From Bacteroidales bacterium (GTDB lineage Bacteria > Bacteroidota > Bacteroidia > Bacteroidales > VadinHA17), in NCBI GenBank assembly GCA_049294075.1, contig JBAQCK010000058.1, positions 12,983-76,982 of the forward strand: DNA of 64,000 nt, read 5' to 3'. Of the stretch, positions 9,903 to 18,348 are shown piece after piece (within the stretch, counting starts at the first letter, position 1; each line of letters opens with the position of its first letter). The notes under the pieces were generated by a model that worked only from the letters and a program-made list of their open reading frames with translations, was not told where the DNA came from and searched no databases. The position numbers and the translations under genes were made by a program.

Positions 9903-10625
9903 ATGAAGCACATACCGAATTTCATCACCTGTCTCAACCTGGCGGCCGGTTTCACCGCGGTTATTCTTGCTTCCGGGGGCTCTCTTACGACAGCGTCGTG
10001 GCTGATAGTTGCAGCCATAGTTTTTGATTTCCTCGACGGGTTTTCCGCACGCCTGCTCAATGCTTACTCCGATACAGGAAAAGAGCTCGACAGTCTTGCC
10101 GATGTCGTCAGCTTCGGTGTTGCCCCGGCCCTGATCTTACACAAAATGATAGAAGCCGGTGTCAGCGAAGCTCAGGGGGCCTCCCCTCTCATGACAGATA
10201 TTCTTCCCTTTGTCCCCCTGCTTATGCCCGTACTTGCCGGACTCAGGCTTGCTATATTCAATGTCGACACCACACAGGCAACAGTTTTCAAAGGATTGCC
10301 GACACCCGGAAATGCCATTGCTGTAATATCAGTCGTCCTGGCTGCTGCATACTCTCAGGCACCCCTTATCAGATCGTTCACCGGATCCCCGGCTGCACTT
10401 GCGTTGTACACTATAATACTGTCTGTACTGATGGTAACCCGGATTCCGCTTTTGTCTAACAAATTCAAGGGATTCCGTTTCAGCGGCAATGAGTGGAGGT
10501 TCATCCTTGCCGGCGTGACTGTTGCAATGCTCCTGATCGTCGGCGTTGCCTCTGCTCCCCTTATAATCCCTGTTTATATCCTTATATCTGTTGCAGCCGT
10601 GTACCTGCCATTTCCCTCACGGTAA
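9903..10625 (+). CDS. pssA: CDP-diacylglycerol--serine O-phosphatidyltransferase
   Basis: CDP-alcohol phosphatidyltransferase signature DGFSARLLNAYSDTGKELDSLAD, polytopic, 240 aa. Confidence 0.85.
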   Translation: MKHIPNFITCLNLAAGFTAVILASGGSLTTASWLIVAAIVFDFLDGFSARLLNAYSDTGKELDSLADVVSFGVAPALILHKMIEAGVSEAQGASPLMTDILPFVPLLMPVLAGLRLAIFNVDTTQATVFKGLPTPGNAIAVISVVLAAAYSQAPLIRSFTGSPAALALYTIILSVLMVTRIPLLSNKFKGFRFSGNEWRFILAGVTVAMLLIVGVASAPLIIPVYILISVAAVYLPFPSR

Positions 10626-10692
10626 CAGGTACGGCAGCGGGCCGGCAAACAAATCTTCAGATCAGCATCCCGTCCAGCCCTGCCTGACGGGA

Positions 10693-10818
10693 TCAGTTCA
10701 CCTCTTTCTCCGGAGGATGCTTTTTCTCATAATATTTCAGACCGGCCTTTACGGCAAACCAGCTCACTATTATAAACGCGGGCCAGATAAGGTAGTTCAA
10801 TATTCCGGATAGATACAT
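10693..10818 (-). CDS. candidate 41-aa single-pass membrane protein downstream of cydB
   Basis: ATG...TGA ORF not in the supplied track: MYLSGILNYLIWPAFIIVSWFAVKAGLKYYEKKHPPEKEVN. It has one hydrophobic helix and a charged tail, and shares the cydAB strand. Confidence 0.35.
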   Translation of the reverse strand: MYLSGILNYLIWPAFIIVSWFAVKAGLKYYEKKHPPEKEVN

Positions 10819-10876
10819 AATATTATTATTACTCAAATTTTTTGTACTGCTCAGGGTTTGTCGTTTATCGATTATC

Positions 10877-10981
10877 GTTCGAAGTTCAAGGTTCGAAGTT
10901 CAAGGTTCGAAGTTCAAGGTTCGGGGTTCAAGGTTCGAAGTTCAAGGTTCGAAGTTCAAGGTTGCTGGTTGCTGGTTACTG
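10877..10981. repeat. 15-unit heptad tandem array (GTTCGAA/GTTCAAG x12, then GTTGCTG x2, GTTACTG)
   Basis: Read directly. Exact 7-nt periodicity over 105 nt, between the cydB stop and the small ORF. Confidence 0.95.
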
Positions 10982-10982
10982 G

Positions 10983-10997
10983 TCCCCCTTCAGGGGA
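10983..10997. repeat. C5/G4 hairpin TCCCC-CTTCA-GGGGA abutting the heptad array
   Basis: Read directly. It shares the CCCCCTTCAGGGG core with the hairpin at 40197-40213. Confidence 0.7.
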
Positions 10998-11014
10998 GAT
11001 GGGGTGTCATGGTA

Positions 11015-12145
11015 CTAGTAAAGATGTCCTCCTGCCTTCATTTCCTCGCCGGTGATCCTTTTTCTGTTGATTGCTTTCCACGCGTACCATATATACGCGA
11101 AAACAAAAGGAATAATGAACGACACATACATCATGGTCTTCAGTGTGAAGAAGCTTGATGAGGCCTTGTCGATTGTAAGCGAGCTTCCGGGATCAGTAAC
11201 TGACGGGTAGAATGCCGTGCCGTTGAAGCCGGCGATGAAGAAGAGCGCCATGACCGCCAGAATTGTTCCGGCGCCCGTATGCCAGATTGCCGACCGGCTG
11301 GCCCTGAATAAAGCTGTTCCTATCCCGTACAGGACACTGATTACGCCTGCAAGGAATATAATCAGGACGAGCGGCATCTGAAGCAGGTTATGAAGGTATT
11401 TGAACCTTTCCATAGTCACTGCCCCTGTAGCCCGGTCATAGGCAAATCCTTCGGAAACAAGCAGGACGATCACAAAGAACAGGAAGAACACCAGGAATGA
11501 GATGCTGTTCTCTGCAAGTTTTCTTCGGGACCTTTCAATGAGTTCACTGTCGTCGACCGTGTTTATAATATAAAGCAACCCGTTTGTCCGGGCCAGAAAC
11601 AGAACAGCCAGTCCGAGGGCCAGGTTCCTTGCATTCAGAAGGGCTTCAAGTCCGTGCCACGGAGTTCCCCATCTTACCTGGTTAACCTCATTCAGACTGA
11701 ACGGTGAACCCGTGAAGAAGGTTGCCACGGCGACTCCGATAAGGAAGGGGCCGAGTGAACCATTAAGGAAAAGAAAAGTGTCGAATGTTTTCTGGCCAAG
11801 GACGTTGGCGGGTTTCGAACGGTATTCGTAGGCTATTGCCTGTATGATAAAGCTGAAAAGGATTGCTATCCACACCCAGTAGGCACCGCCGAAGCTTGTT
11901 GAATAAAACAGGGGGAATGATGCAAAGCAAGCGCCGCCGAATGTGACAAGAGTGGTAAAGGTGAACTCCCATTTCCTTCCCATGGCATTTACAAGCATCG
12001 CTTTCTGAAGTTCATTCTTCGGAAGTGAAAAGATCATCGACTGTCCGCCCTGGACAAACATGAGGAATACCAGAAGGCTTGCAAGCAGTGAGATTATGAT
12101 CCACCAGTAAGAATGCAGGAACATATGTGATATCAATATTGTCAT
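11015..12145 (-). CDS. cydB: cytochrome bd ubiquinol/menaquinol oxidase subunit II
   Basis: 376-aa polytopic protein immediately after cydA. AGGAGGA lies 7 nt upstream of the ATG. Confidence 0.9.
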   Translation of the reverse strand: MTILISHMFLHSYWWIIISLLASLLVFLMFVQGGQSMIFSLPKNELQKAMLVNAMGRKWEFTFTTLVTFGGACFASFPLFYSTSFGGAYWVWIAILFSFIIQAIAYEYRSKPANVLGQKTFDTFLFLNGSLGPFLIGVAVATFFTGSPFSLNEVNQVRWGTPWHGLEALLNARNLALGLAVLFLARTNGLLYIINTVDDSELIERSRRKLAENSISFLVFFLFFVIVLLVSEGFAYDRATGAVTMERFKYLHNLLQMPLVLIIFLAGVISVLYGIGTALFRASRSAIWHTGAGTILAVMALFFIAGFNGTAFYPSVTDPGSSLTIDKASSSFFTLKTMMYVSFIIPFVFAYIWYAWKAINRKRITGEEMKAGGHLY

Positions 12146-12157
12146 GTCTTTGTCCTC

Positions 12158-13714
12158 CTAATGTTTTGGTCCGATTTTTATCTGCCTTATCATTATTGAT
12201 ACTTCGGCTATAAGCAGGACAGTAAACAGAACCGCGAAAAGGATGAAGGTTGTGATTACCGATCCGGTGCTGACCCGGGTAACAGCCGTTGTTACAGGCA
12301 TAAGATCCTGGATGATCCAGGGCTGGCGGCCCATTTCGGCAAGCACCCATCCAAGTTCGCCTGCAACATATGGCAGAAGAATCGAAAAGAGGGCCACCCA
12401 GAGGAACCACCTGTTCTTCTGAAGGGTTCCCCGGAACAGGAATACGAGCGTGAGAAAGAATATAAGGATAAACAGAAATCCAAGCATCACCATCACGTGG
12501 AAAGTGTAGAAGGTCACCTTCACTCCCGGGATAACATCTTCGGGTTTATCCAGTGATGCATAGCCGAAATACCTGAAATATTCCTCGTTGAATTCCTTGT
12601 CGCTGAAAAGAGCGGCAATAGTTTCGGCCTTTTGGGTATCGTTGTTCTTTTTTGCATCCTTGTATTCAATCAGAAGGTCCCTTGCCCTTTTTCCCCGCTC
12701 CATCTTTTCCGAAACAGGAAGCAGTCCCCTGGCGGCATTACCGTTTACCAGATCAATGATTCCGGGGACGAATGCGTCGCTGCTTCCTCCGGTCATCACC
12801 GAAAGAAATCCCGGAATTTCTATCCTGAACACGAAATCGTTGACAGCTTTCTCTCCGATCTTCCGGTCTGATTCCTTAAGGATGCCCACTGCCACCAGTC
12901 CTGCTTTCTCCGTACCCTCATAAAGGGCCTCAAAGGCGGCAAATTTAACAGGCTGTGCTTTGGCCAGAGCCCTGGCCGAAGTATCCCCGGTATAAACCAC
13001 AAGAAGAGAGGAGAGCAGACCAAAGATCCCTGCAACCAGCATGCTTCTTTTTGCAAGCAGGGCTTCGCGGTTGCTAATAAGGTAATATGCGCTTATCCCC
13101 ACCACGAACATGGAGCCGAGCAGGAAGCCGGATGAGATCGTGTGAAGGAACTTGGTGACAGCCACCTCGTTGAAAACCACCTCCCAGAAATTCACCATTT
13201 CATTTCTGGCAGTCCCGGGGTTGAAGACCATTCCGACGGGATTCTGCATCCAGGCATTGGCAACCAGGATCCACAGGGCCGACAGGTTGGCACCGACAGC
13301 CACCAGCCAGGTCGATACCATATGGGTTTTTTTGCTGACCTTATCCCATCCGAAAAACATAACAGCGACAAAAGTAGATTCAAGAAAGAAAGCCAGTATT
13401 CCTTCTATCGCCAGGGGAGCTCCGAAGATGTCTCCCACGAACCATGAATAGTTTGACCAATTTGTACCGAATTCAAACTCCAGGATCAATCCGGTTGCCA
13501 CACCGATAGCAAAATTGATTCCGAAGAGAGTCATCCAGAATTTCGTCATTCGCTTCCATTCCTCATCACCGGTCTTAACATAGATCGTTTCCATTGTTGC
13601 AATAATGAACGACAGACCGAGTGTCAGGGGAACAAAAAGCCAGTGGTAAATGGCCGTCAGGGCAAACTGAGCCCTCGACCAGTCAACCAGGGATGCGTCT
13701 AAACTCTCAAACAT
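12158..13714 (-). CDS. cydA: cytochrome bd oxidase subunit I
   Basis: 518 aa with a conserved N-terminus (WSRAQFALTAIYHWLFVP), a Q-loop region and GWVLAEMGRQPW near the C-terminus. Confidence 0.93.
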   Translation of the reverse strand: MFESLDASLVDWSRAQFALTAIYHWLFVPLTLGLSFIIATMETIYVKTGDEEWKRMTKFWMTLFGINFAIGVATGLILEFEFGTNWSNYSWFVGDIFGAPLAIEGILAFFLESTFVAVMFFGWDKVSKKTHMVSTWLVAVGANLSALWILVANAWMQNPVGMVFNPGTARNEMVNFWEVVFNEVAVTKFLHTISSGFLLGSMFVVGISAYYLISNREALLAKRSMLVAGIFGLLSSLLVVYTGDTSARALAKAQPVKFAAFEALYEGTEKAGLVAVGILKESDRKIGEKAVNDFVFRIEIPGFLSVMTGGSSDAFVPGIIDLVNGNAARGLLPVSEKMERGKRARDLLIEYKDAKKNNDTQKAETIAALFSDKEFNEEYFRYFGYASLDKPEDVIPGVKVTFYTFHVMVMLGFLFILIFFLTLVFLFRGTLQKNRWFLWVALFSILLPYVAGELGWVLAEMGRQPWIIQDLMPVTTAVTRVSTGSVITTFILFAVLFTVLLIAEVSIMIRQIKIGPKH

Positions 13715-13717
13715 AGG

Positions 13718-13945
13718 CTAATTTGGTTTTATTAATTGTTCCAGTACATGCTCGCTGCGCTGCTCATCCGTCCGGTAATTCTTTTTCAGGAAATCGGGAA
13801 AGAAGAATAACTTCAGGATGACAAAAATGACAAACAACTTGATCAGCAGGATCAGCCAGATCCGTTTGCCCCACCACGACATGCTGGTGAAGCCCTCATA
13901 ATAGAACCTGAATATTCTGTTAAGCAATGACACAAATGAATTCAT
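13718..13945 (-). CDS. DUF4492-like small membrane protein preceding cydA
   Basis: 75 aa: RFYYEGFTSMSWWGKRIWLILLIKLFVIFVILKLFFFPDFL. Position upstream of cydA as in other Bacteroidota. Confidence 0.6.
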   Translation of the reverse strand: MNSFVSLLNRIFRFYYEGFTSMSWWGKRIWLILLIKLFVIFVILKLFFFPDFLKKNYRTDEQRSEHVLEQLIKPN

Positions 13946-15171
13946 TGTTCCACTTTCTGTTCCTGGTTATCCTGGTCCGGCCGGGGTTTTCTTCTTCTTT
14001 TTCTCTTGATACCAATACCCTGTGCTCCCGGCACCATGGATTCTTCCCCGTACTGATCCTCGTCCGACAGGCTGGAGGTTATTTTCTGGATAGCCTTGAA
14101 CCCATAAAAGAACTCCCGGGCAAACACCCTCAGTACGGTATAAGCCGGGATTCCGAGAAGCATTCCGGGGATCCCTGCAGCAAACCCTGCTGCCAGGACC
14201 ACAATAAAAATCTCAAGTGGGTGTGCCCTCACGCTGTTTGAAAAGATGACAGGCTGGAAAACAATATTGTCAATCAGCTGAGTCACGGCCACTACCAATG
14301 CCATATACATCACCAGAGGTACGACCACTGATGAAAAGTCGAGGTTGATGCTGGTGGCGATCCCCATTATCATAACGATGAAAAAGCCGAGCCACGGGCC
14401 GACATAGGGTATGATGTTCAGAATGCCTACAATAAGTCCCATAACCAGAGCCTGCTGAAAGTCAATCCCGACTGTTGTCATGCCTATGGTTATCAGTATC
14501 ATGATGCAGGTGCTCTGGATAACTATTCCGATGAGATACCTGGTAAGAAGATGCTTTATTGAATTCAGGGCCCTGGTCACATTATCCACATATTTGTCGG
14601 GTATCCACATCAGTATCGACTCATAGAAGAGGTGCTGGTCCTTTAGAAAGAAGAAGGTGATAAAGGATATAGAAAAAGCCGCTACGGCCATATTCCCGAG
14701 GATGCCCACCATGGAACCCATGAAATTCTGTATCACCTCGATATTAAGAACACTTTCGATCTTTGAGGCGATGTAGTCTGTGACCGAAAGCTTGCCGGAA
14801 ATATCCGGATTAATTGTAGTGACCAGTTCTTCGATTTTTCTTACCGGTTCCTCGATCAGTTCAACGATCTTAGAGCCGTCGATGGTTGAGAGGTAGTTTA
14901 TCTGCCTGGTTAAAAGCGGGATGAAGATATAAAGGAAAAGAGCTATCAGACCCCAGATAACAAAAAGAGTCAGCAGAGCGCTCAGTACCCGCGGAAAGTT
15001 CCATTTCCTGATCCTGATACGGCTAAACATGTCGACAAGGGGCCTGCCCATAACCGAAAGAACCCCGGAAACAAGGACGTAAACAACGATGCTCCTGAAA
15101 TACCATAGCAGGAACATAAAGATAATAACACCCAGAATGATCAGGATAGTCCTGATAGAGGTTTTCATCAA
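13942..15171 (-). CDS. AI-2E family transporter (PerM/UPF0118)
   Basis: 409-aa polytopic protein with the characteristic NIIPYVGPWLG motif and a basic C-terminal tail. Its stop overlaps the DUF4492 start by 4 nt. Confidence 0.8.
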   Translation of the reverse strand: MMKTSIRTILIILGVIIFMFLLWYFRSIVVYVLVSGVLSVMGRPLVDMFSRIRIRKWNFPRVLSALLTLFVIWGLIALFLYIFIPLLTRQINYLSTIDGSKIVELIEEPVRKIEELVTTINPDISGKLSVTDYIASKIESVLNIEVIQNFMGSMVGILGNMAVAAFSISFITFFFLKDQHLFYESILMWIPDKYVDNVTRALNSIKHLLTRYLIGIVIQSTCIMILITIGMTTVGIDFQQALVMGLIVGILNIIPYVGPWLGFFIVMIMGIATSINLDFSSVVVPLVMYMALVVAVTQLIDNIVFQPVIFSNSVRAHPLEIFIVVLAAGFAAGIPGMLLGIPAYTVLRVFAREFFYGFKAIQKITSSLSDEDQYGEESMVPGAQGIGIKRKRRRKPRPDQDNQEQKVEQ

Positions 15172-15190
15172 AGGGTCTTTTCTATATATA

Positions 15191-15223
15191 CAAACCTAAT
15201 CAGAAAAATCGTAACTGCCCAAA
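15191..15223 (-). promoter_or_regulatory. candidate Bacteroidota promoter (-33 TTTG, 21-nt spacer, -7 TAGGTTTG) for the AI-2E/cyd operon
   Basis: The reverse complement reads TTTG-N21-TAGGTTTG. The -7 box lies 20-27 nt upstream of the ATG at 15171. Confidence 0.4.
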
Positions 15224-15348
15224 TTTTTGTCGATCAAACTGTATTGCCGGTTTGGGTGACGCGGAGGAATAAAATCAGGGGAACACAGGCCGGTGTTCTG
15301 AAGTCACCGGGTTGAGATTCAGTCACATCTTACTGATAATCAAAATAA

Positions 15349-15417
15349 CGATAATTTTTTTACCCAAAACGATAACCAGGTTATTGTTTCCCGATAATTT
15401 TTTTACCCAAAACGATA
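15349..15417. promoter_or_regulatory. two perfect 26-nt direct repeats (CGATAATTTTTTTACCCAAAACGATA), 43 nt apart start to start
   Basis: Copies at 15349-15374 and 15392-15417. They place CGATA motifs about every 21-22 nt, in the divergent AI-2E / hsp20 intergenic region. Confidence 0.6.
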
Positions 15418-15427
15418 TGGGATTTGA

Positions 15428-15455
15428 CCGAAGACTGAAGACAGAAGACAGAAGA
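15428..15455. repeat. 4-unit heptad array (CCGAAGA CTGAAGA CAGAAGA CAGAAGA)
   Basis: Read directly. Confidence 0.85.
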
Positions 15456-15460
15456 AAAAT

Positions 15461-15644
15461 ATTTCGCCCCACACGGGGCTTTTACAATTAGGGACGATTT
15501 AGGACGGGCTGCGCCCATCCTTATAATATCTCAGGCCAACGGCCTGTATCTGATATGATAATTCCCAGCCCCAGGAAAACCATCCGGTTATGTCAGCCCC
15601 GTATGGGGCGAAATGATATAGAGCGGGGCAACGCCCCGTATATC
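15461..15644. repeat. cluster of five short GC-rich stem-loops bounded by an inverted 20-nt pair
   Basis: ATTTCGCCCCACACGGGGCT (15461-15480) matches the reverse complement of AGCCCCGTATGGGGCGAAAT (15595-15614) at 19/20. Internal hairpins: GGACGGGC-TGC-GCCCATCC, CAGGCC-AAC-GGCCTG, GATATA..CGGGGC-AAC-GCCCCG-TATATC. Confidence 0.7.
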
Positions 15645-15796
15645 AGCTGCACCCTAAATCCAGGGTTAATGCCATATCGTCAGGTTACAATAAATAAAAC
15701 TGCCATTATGTCTGCCTTTTCGGTTTGGAACAAAACTTGACTATACGTATGCAAATGAATAAATGTTTAACTTAAAATAAATAGGAGGACAGTACC

Positions 15797-16216
15797 ATGT
15801 TACCATCACTTACAAGAAAAGAGTTCAGGCCGTTTTACCTCGGCAGCATTTTTGACGATGATTTCTTCCCTGTAACATCAAGGGGATCAAATCCGTCGGT
15901 TAACATACGTGAAGATGAGAAAAGATTCATCCTCGACCTTGCAGTTCCCGGACTGGACAGGAAGGACATGAAGATCGACATCAACGAGAATCTGCTCACC
16001 ATTTCGGCTGAAACGAAGAACGAGTCGGAAGAAACGAATGACGGCTACAGGAGGAAGGAATTCAGCTATTCATCATTCTGCAGGAGCTTCCAGATACCCG
16101 AGAATGTAAACAGCGACAAGATCGAAGCCAACTACAAGGAGGGCATACTCAGCGTTATGCTTCCCAAGGTCACCGAAGAAAAGAACAAGATCACAAGGCA
16201 GATTAAAATATCATAA
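15797..16216 (+). CDS. Hsp20/alpha-crystallin family small heat-shock protein
   Basis: 139 aa with an alpha-crystallin domain (FILDLAVPGL, LTISAE, RSFQIPENV, YKEGILSVMLPK). AGGAGGA lies 7 nt upstream of the ATG. Confidence 0.9.
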   Translation: MLPSLTRKEFRPFYLGSIFDDDFFPVTSRGSNPSVNIREDEKRFILDLAVPGLDRKDMKIDINENLLTISAETKNESEETNDGYRRKEFSYSSFCRSFQIPENVNSDKIEANYKEGILSVMLPKVTEEKNKITRQIKIS

Positions 16217-16298
16217 TCTGGCTTCACGACTTCGGCAAAGCGGCTATCTGGCCCGGGGTTAGGCTCTCACGGAAAAGAATCGCAGAAGAACCGCACAA

Positions 16299-16340
16299 GA
16301 AAAAACAAAGATTGCATCAGGCGATCCTTGTTTTTTTTTG
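16299..16340. terminator. bidirectional rho-independent terminator between hsp20 and the flavodiiron gene
   Basis: A-run, then a 12-bp stem AACAAAGATTGC / GCGATCCTTGTT (one mismatch, one GU) with an ATCAG loop, then a T9 run. Confidence 0.6.
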
Positions 16341-16404
16341 CTGTTTACAAATGAAGTGAATTATCCCTCAACCCGTGATCTGCCTGAGCAGGGCAAGGAA
16401 TATT

Positions 16405-17640
16405 TTATTTCTCGTCCCTGGAGGATTCCGCGGCCACTTTAGCGGCAAATTTCCTTCCGAATCCGACAAGACTTTCCTTTTTATCGCCATCCGGAGCAAA
16501 TTTGAAACCGGCTGTTTCATCAAAGGTTTTAAGCTTGAGGTTTCTTAAGTTGTCGAGGATTATTCTGGGAGCTTCGCCGCTCCAGCCATATGAACCGAAT
16601 GCACCGGCAACCTTGCCCCTGTCGCGCAAAGGATTGACAAGCGCGAAAAGGGTGTACACCGGGAGAAGGGTGTTCTGGTTTATTGTTGGCGATCCTACGA
16701 GGATGGCATCGGCCGCCGCGAGTTTCTGGTCGAGTTCAGCCGGCGCGATGTTTTCTATATCGGTAACATCGGTCACAAAACCGCTTTCCGATCTTATCCC
16801 TTCTGCTATATACTCGGCAGCCCTGCCGGTAAATCCGTAAGCCGACACCCAGGCAACAAGCACTCTTTTCACTTCGCCGCCTGCAGTAAGTTTAAGATAC
16901 TCATCCGACAGCTTTTCGGTCAGAGCAATGATTTCGCCTATGGTATCACGGTGAACAGGTCCGTGTCCCGGGCATATTACTTTTATTTCAAGAGATTTAA
17001 TCCTTTCTATTGCCCTGACCATAAACCTGCTGAAAGGTTTCAGTATAACATCAAAATAGTATCTGAATGCACTCAGGTAATCTGGAGTCAGCTCGCTGAA
17101 GATGTTCCCGGTGCAGTAATGTGCTCCGAACGAATCGCAGGTAAAGAGCACCTTATCCTCAACAAGCCAGGTATAGATTGAATCGGGCCAGTGAAGATTG
17201 GGAGCCGATATGAAGCGGAGGGTTTTGTTCCCCAGATCGAGGGTATCGCCGTCCTTCACCACCATCGACCGGAAAGGCTTGTTGACAATATCCCCAAGGT
17301 ATCTGATGGCGTTTCCGCTTCCCACCACCGTAGCTTCGGGTGCCAGTTCCAGAAGGCGGCCAAGGCTGCCTGAATGGTCGGGTTCAGTATGATCGAGAAT
17401 AATATATTCAATTTCCGAAGGATCGCATACGCTCTGAAGCTTCTTAATATAGACATCCCGGAATTTTTCCTTTGCAACTTCCACCAGCGCTTTTTTTGTT
17501 GCATTGATGAAGAAGGAATTATATGTTGTTCCGTATTCGGTTGTCATTACGATATCAAAGGTTTTGATATCATAATCAAGAATTCCAATCCATTTCACAT
17601 CGGGGGTAATATCTATAACCCTGTCGTCAGTTCGTTCCAT
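16405..17640 (-). CDS. FprA-family flavodiiron protein (metallo-beta-lactamase-like plus flavodoxin domains)
   Basis: LDHTEPDHSGS di-iron motif and a C-terminal flavodoxin-like domain (VLVAWVSAYGFTG, GSPTINQN). 411 aa. Confidence 0.85.
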   Translation of the reverse strand: MERTDDRVIDITPDVKWIGILDYDIKTFDIVMTTEYGTTYNSFFINATKKALVEVAKEKFRDVYIKKLQSVCDPSEIEYIILDHTEPDHSGSLGRLLELAPEATVVGSGNAIRYLGDIVNKPFRSMVVKDGDTLDLGNKTLRFISAPNLHWPDSIYTWLVEDKVLFTCDSFGAHYCTGNIFSELTPDYLSAFRYYFDVILKPFSRFMVRAIERIKSLEIKVICPGHGPVHRDTIGEIIALTEKLSDEYLKLTAGGEVKRVLVAWVSAYGFTGRAAEYIAEGIRSESGFVTDVTDIENIAPAELDQKLAAADAILVGSPTINQNTLLPVYTLFALVNPLRDRGKVAGAFGSYGWSGEAPRIILDNLRNLKLKTFDETAGFKFAPDGDKKESLVGFGRKFAAKVAAESSRDEK

Positions 17641-17651
17641 GCATGCTCGTT

Positions 17652-18308
17652 TCAGATTTTAGCTATAATGCTCTTATTTGCCTTTACCTGCTGGAGGATA
17701 GGCACTTCAACCTCAGTACCGACCGGGAGGAAGACATCCACCCTGGATCCGAACTTTATGAATCCAAGTTCACCGCCCTGGGTTACCTTCTGTCCGGGTT
17801 TGGCATATGTCACGATACGCCTTGCCACGGCTCCGGCTATCTGGCGCACAAGTATCTCTGTCCCGTTCTCGGTTTCGATAACCACACTGCTCCTTTCATT
17901 CAGTTCGGAGGATTTGGGATGCCAGGCGACCATGTATTTCCCGTGATGATAGTTGACAAGCTTAACTGATCCCGAAACCGGATACCTGTTGCTGTGCATG
18001 TTGAAAGGCGACATGAAGATCGAGATCTGAAGGCGCTGATCCTTGAAATATTCATTTTCCATTGTCTCCTCGATGACTACCACCTTGCCGTCGGCCGGTG
18101 CATAGATAAGTCCGGGATCGGGTTGAAGATGTCTCGCGGGAAGGCGGAAGAAAAAGAGTAAGAACACATAAAGAGACAGAGAGAACAGCAGGACCATCCA
18201 TTTCAGGAGGGTTTCATCGGGCCAGGCTATACCTGTGATTATGTTTACTGCCAGCAGAATTAAAAATCCGATAGCGAGAATCTTGTATCCTTCCCTGTGG
18301 ATGGCCAT
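17652..18308 (-). CDS. psd: phosphatidylserine decarboxylase proenzyme
   Basis: 218 aa with an N-terminal membrane anchor, YAPADGKV, HSNRYPVSG, and a GFIKFGSRVDVFLP C-terminal Gly-Ser processing region. Confidence 0.85.
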   Translation of the reverse strand: MAIHREGYKILAIGFLILLAVNIITGIAWPDETLLKWMVLLFSLSLYVFLLFFFRLPARHLQPDPGLIYAPADGKVVVIEETMENEYFKDQRLQISIFMSPFNMHSNRYPVSGSVKLVNYHHGKYMVAWHPKSSELNERSSVVIETENGTEILVRQIAGAVARRIVTYAKPGQKVTQGGELGFIKFGSRVDVFLPVGTEVEVPILQQVKANKSIIAKI

Positions 18309-18348
18309 TCTTCAAAAAATTTCCGCAAAATTAATCAAGACTTGTCAA

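Noticed and set aside
10858-11055. 65-aa plus-strand ORF (FKVRSSRFEVQGS repeats)
   Set aside because: It is a translation of the GTTCRAG heptad array and runs into the 3' end of cydB on the opposite strand. It has no coding signal beyond the repeat.
12012-12410. 132-aa minus-strand ORF bridging cydA and cydB in another frame
   Set aside because: It overlaps both oxidase subunits out of frame. The translation is Cys/Arg/Gly-rich with no membrane character.
15555-15740. 61-aa plus-strand ORF in the hsp20 upstream region
   Set aside because: It is composed of the GC-rich hairpin cluster sequence. The region is better explained as a structured repeat, and the ORF has no SD or promoter context.
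17374-17969. 190-aa and 108-aa plus-strand ORFs spanning the flavodiiron/psd junction
   Set aside because: They lie antisense to two motif-verified genes and cross their boundary. No independent support.
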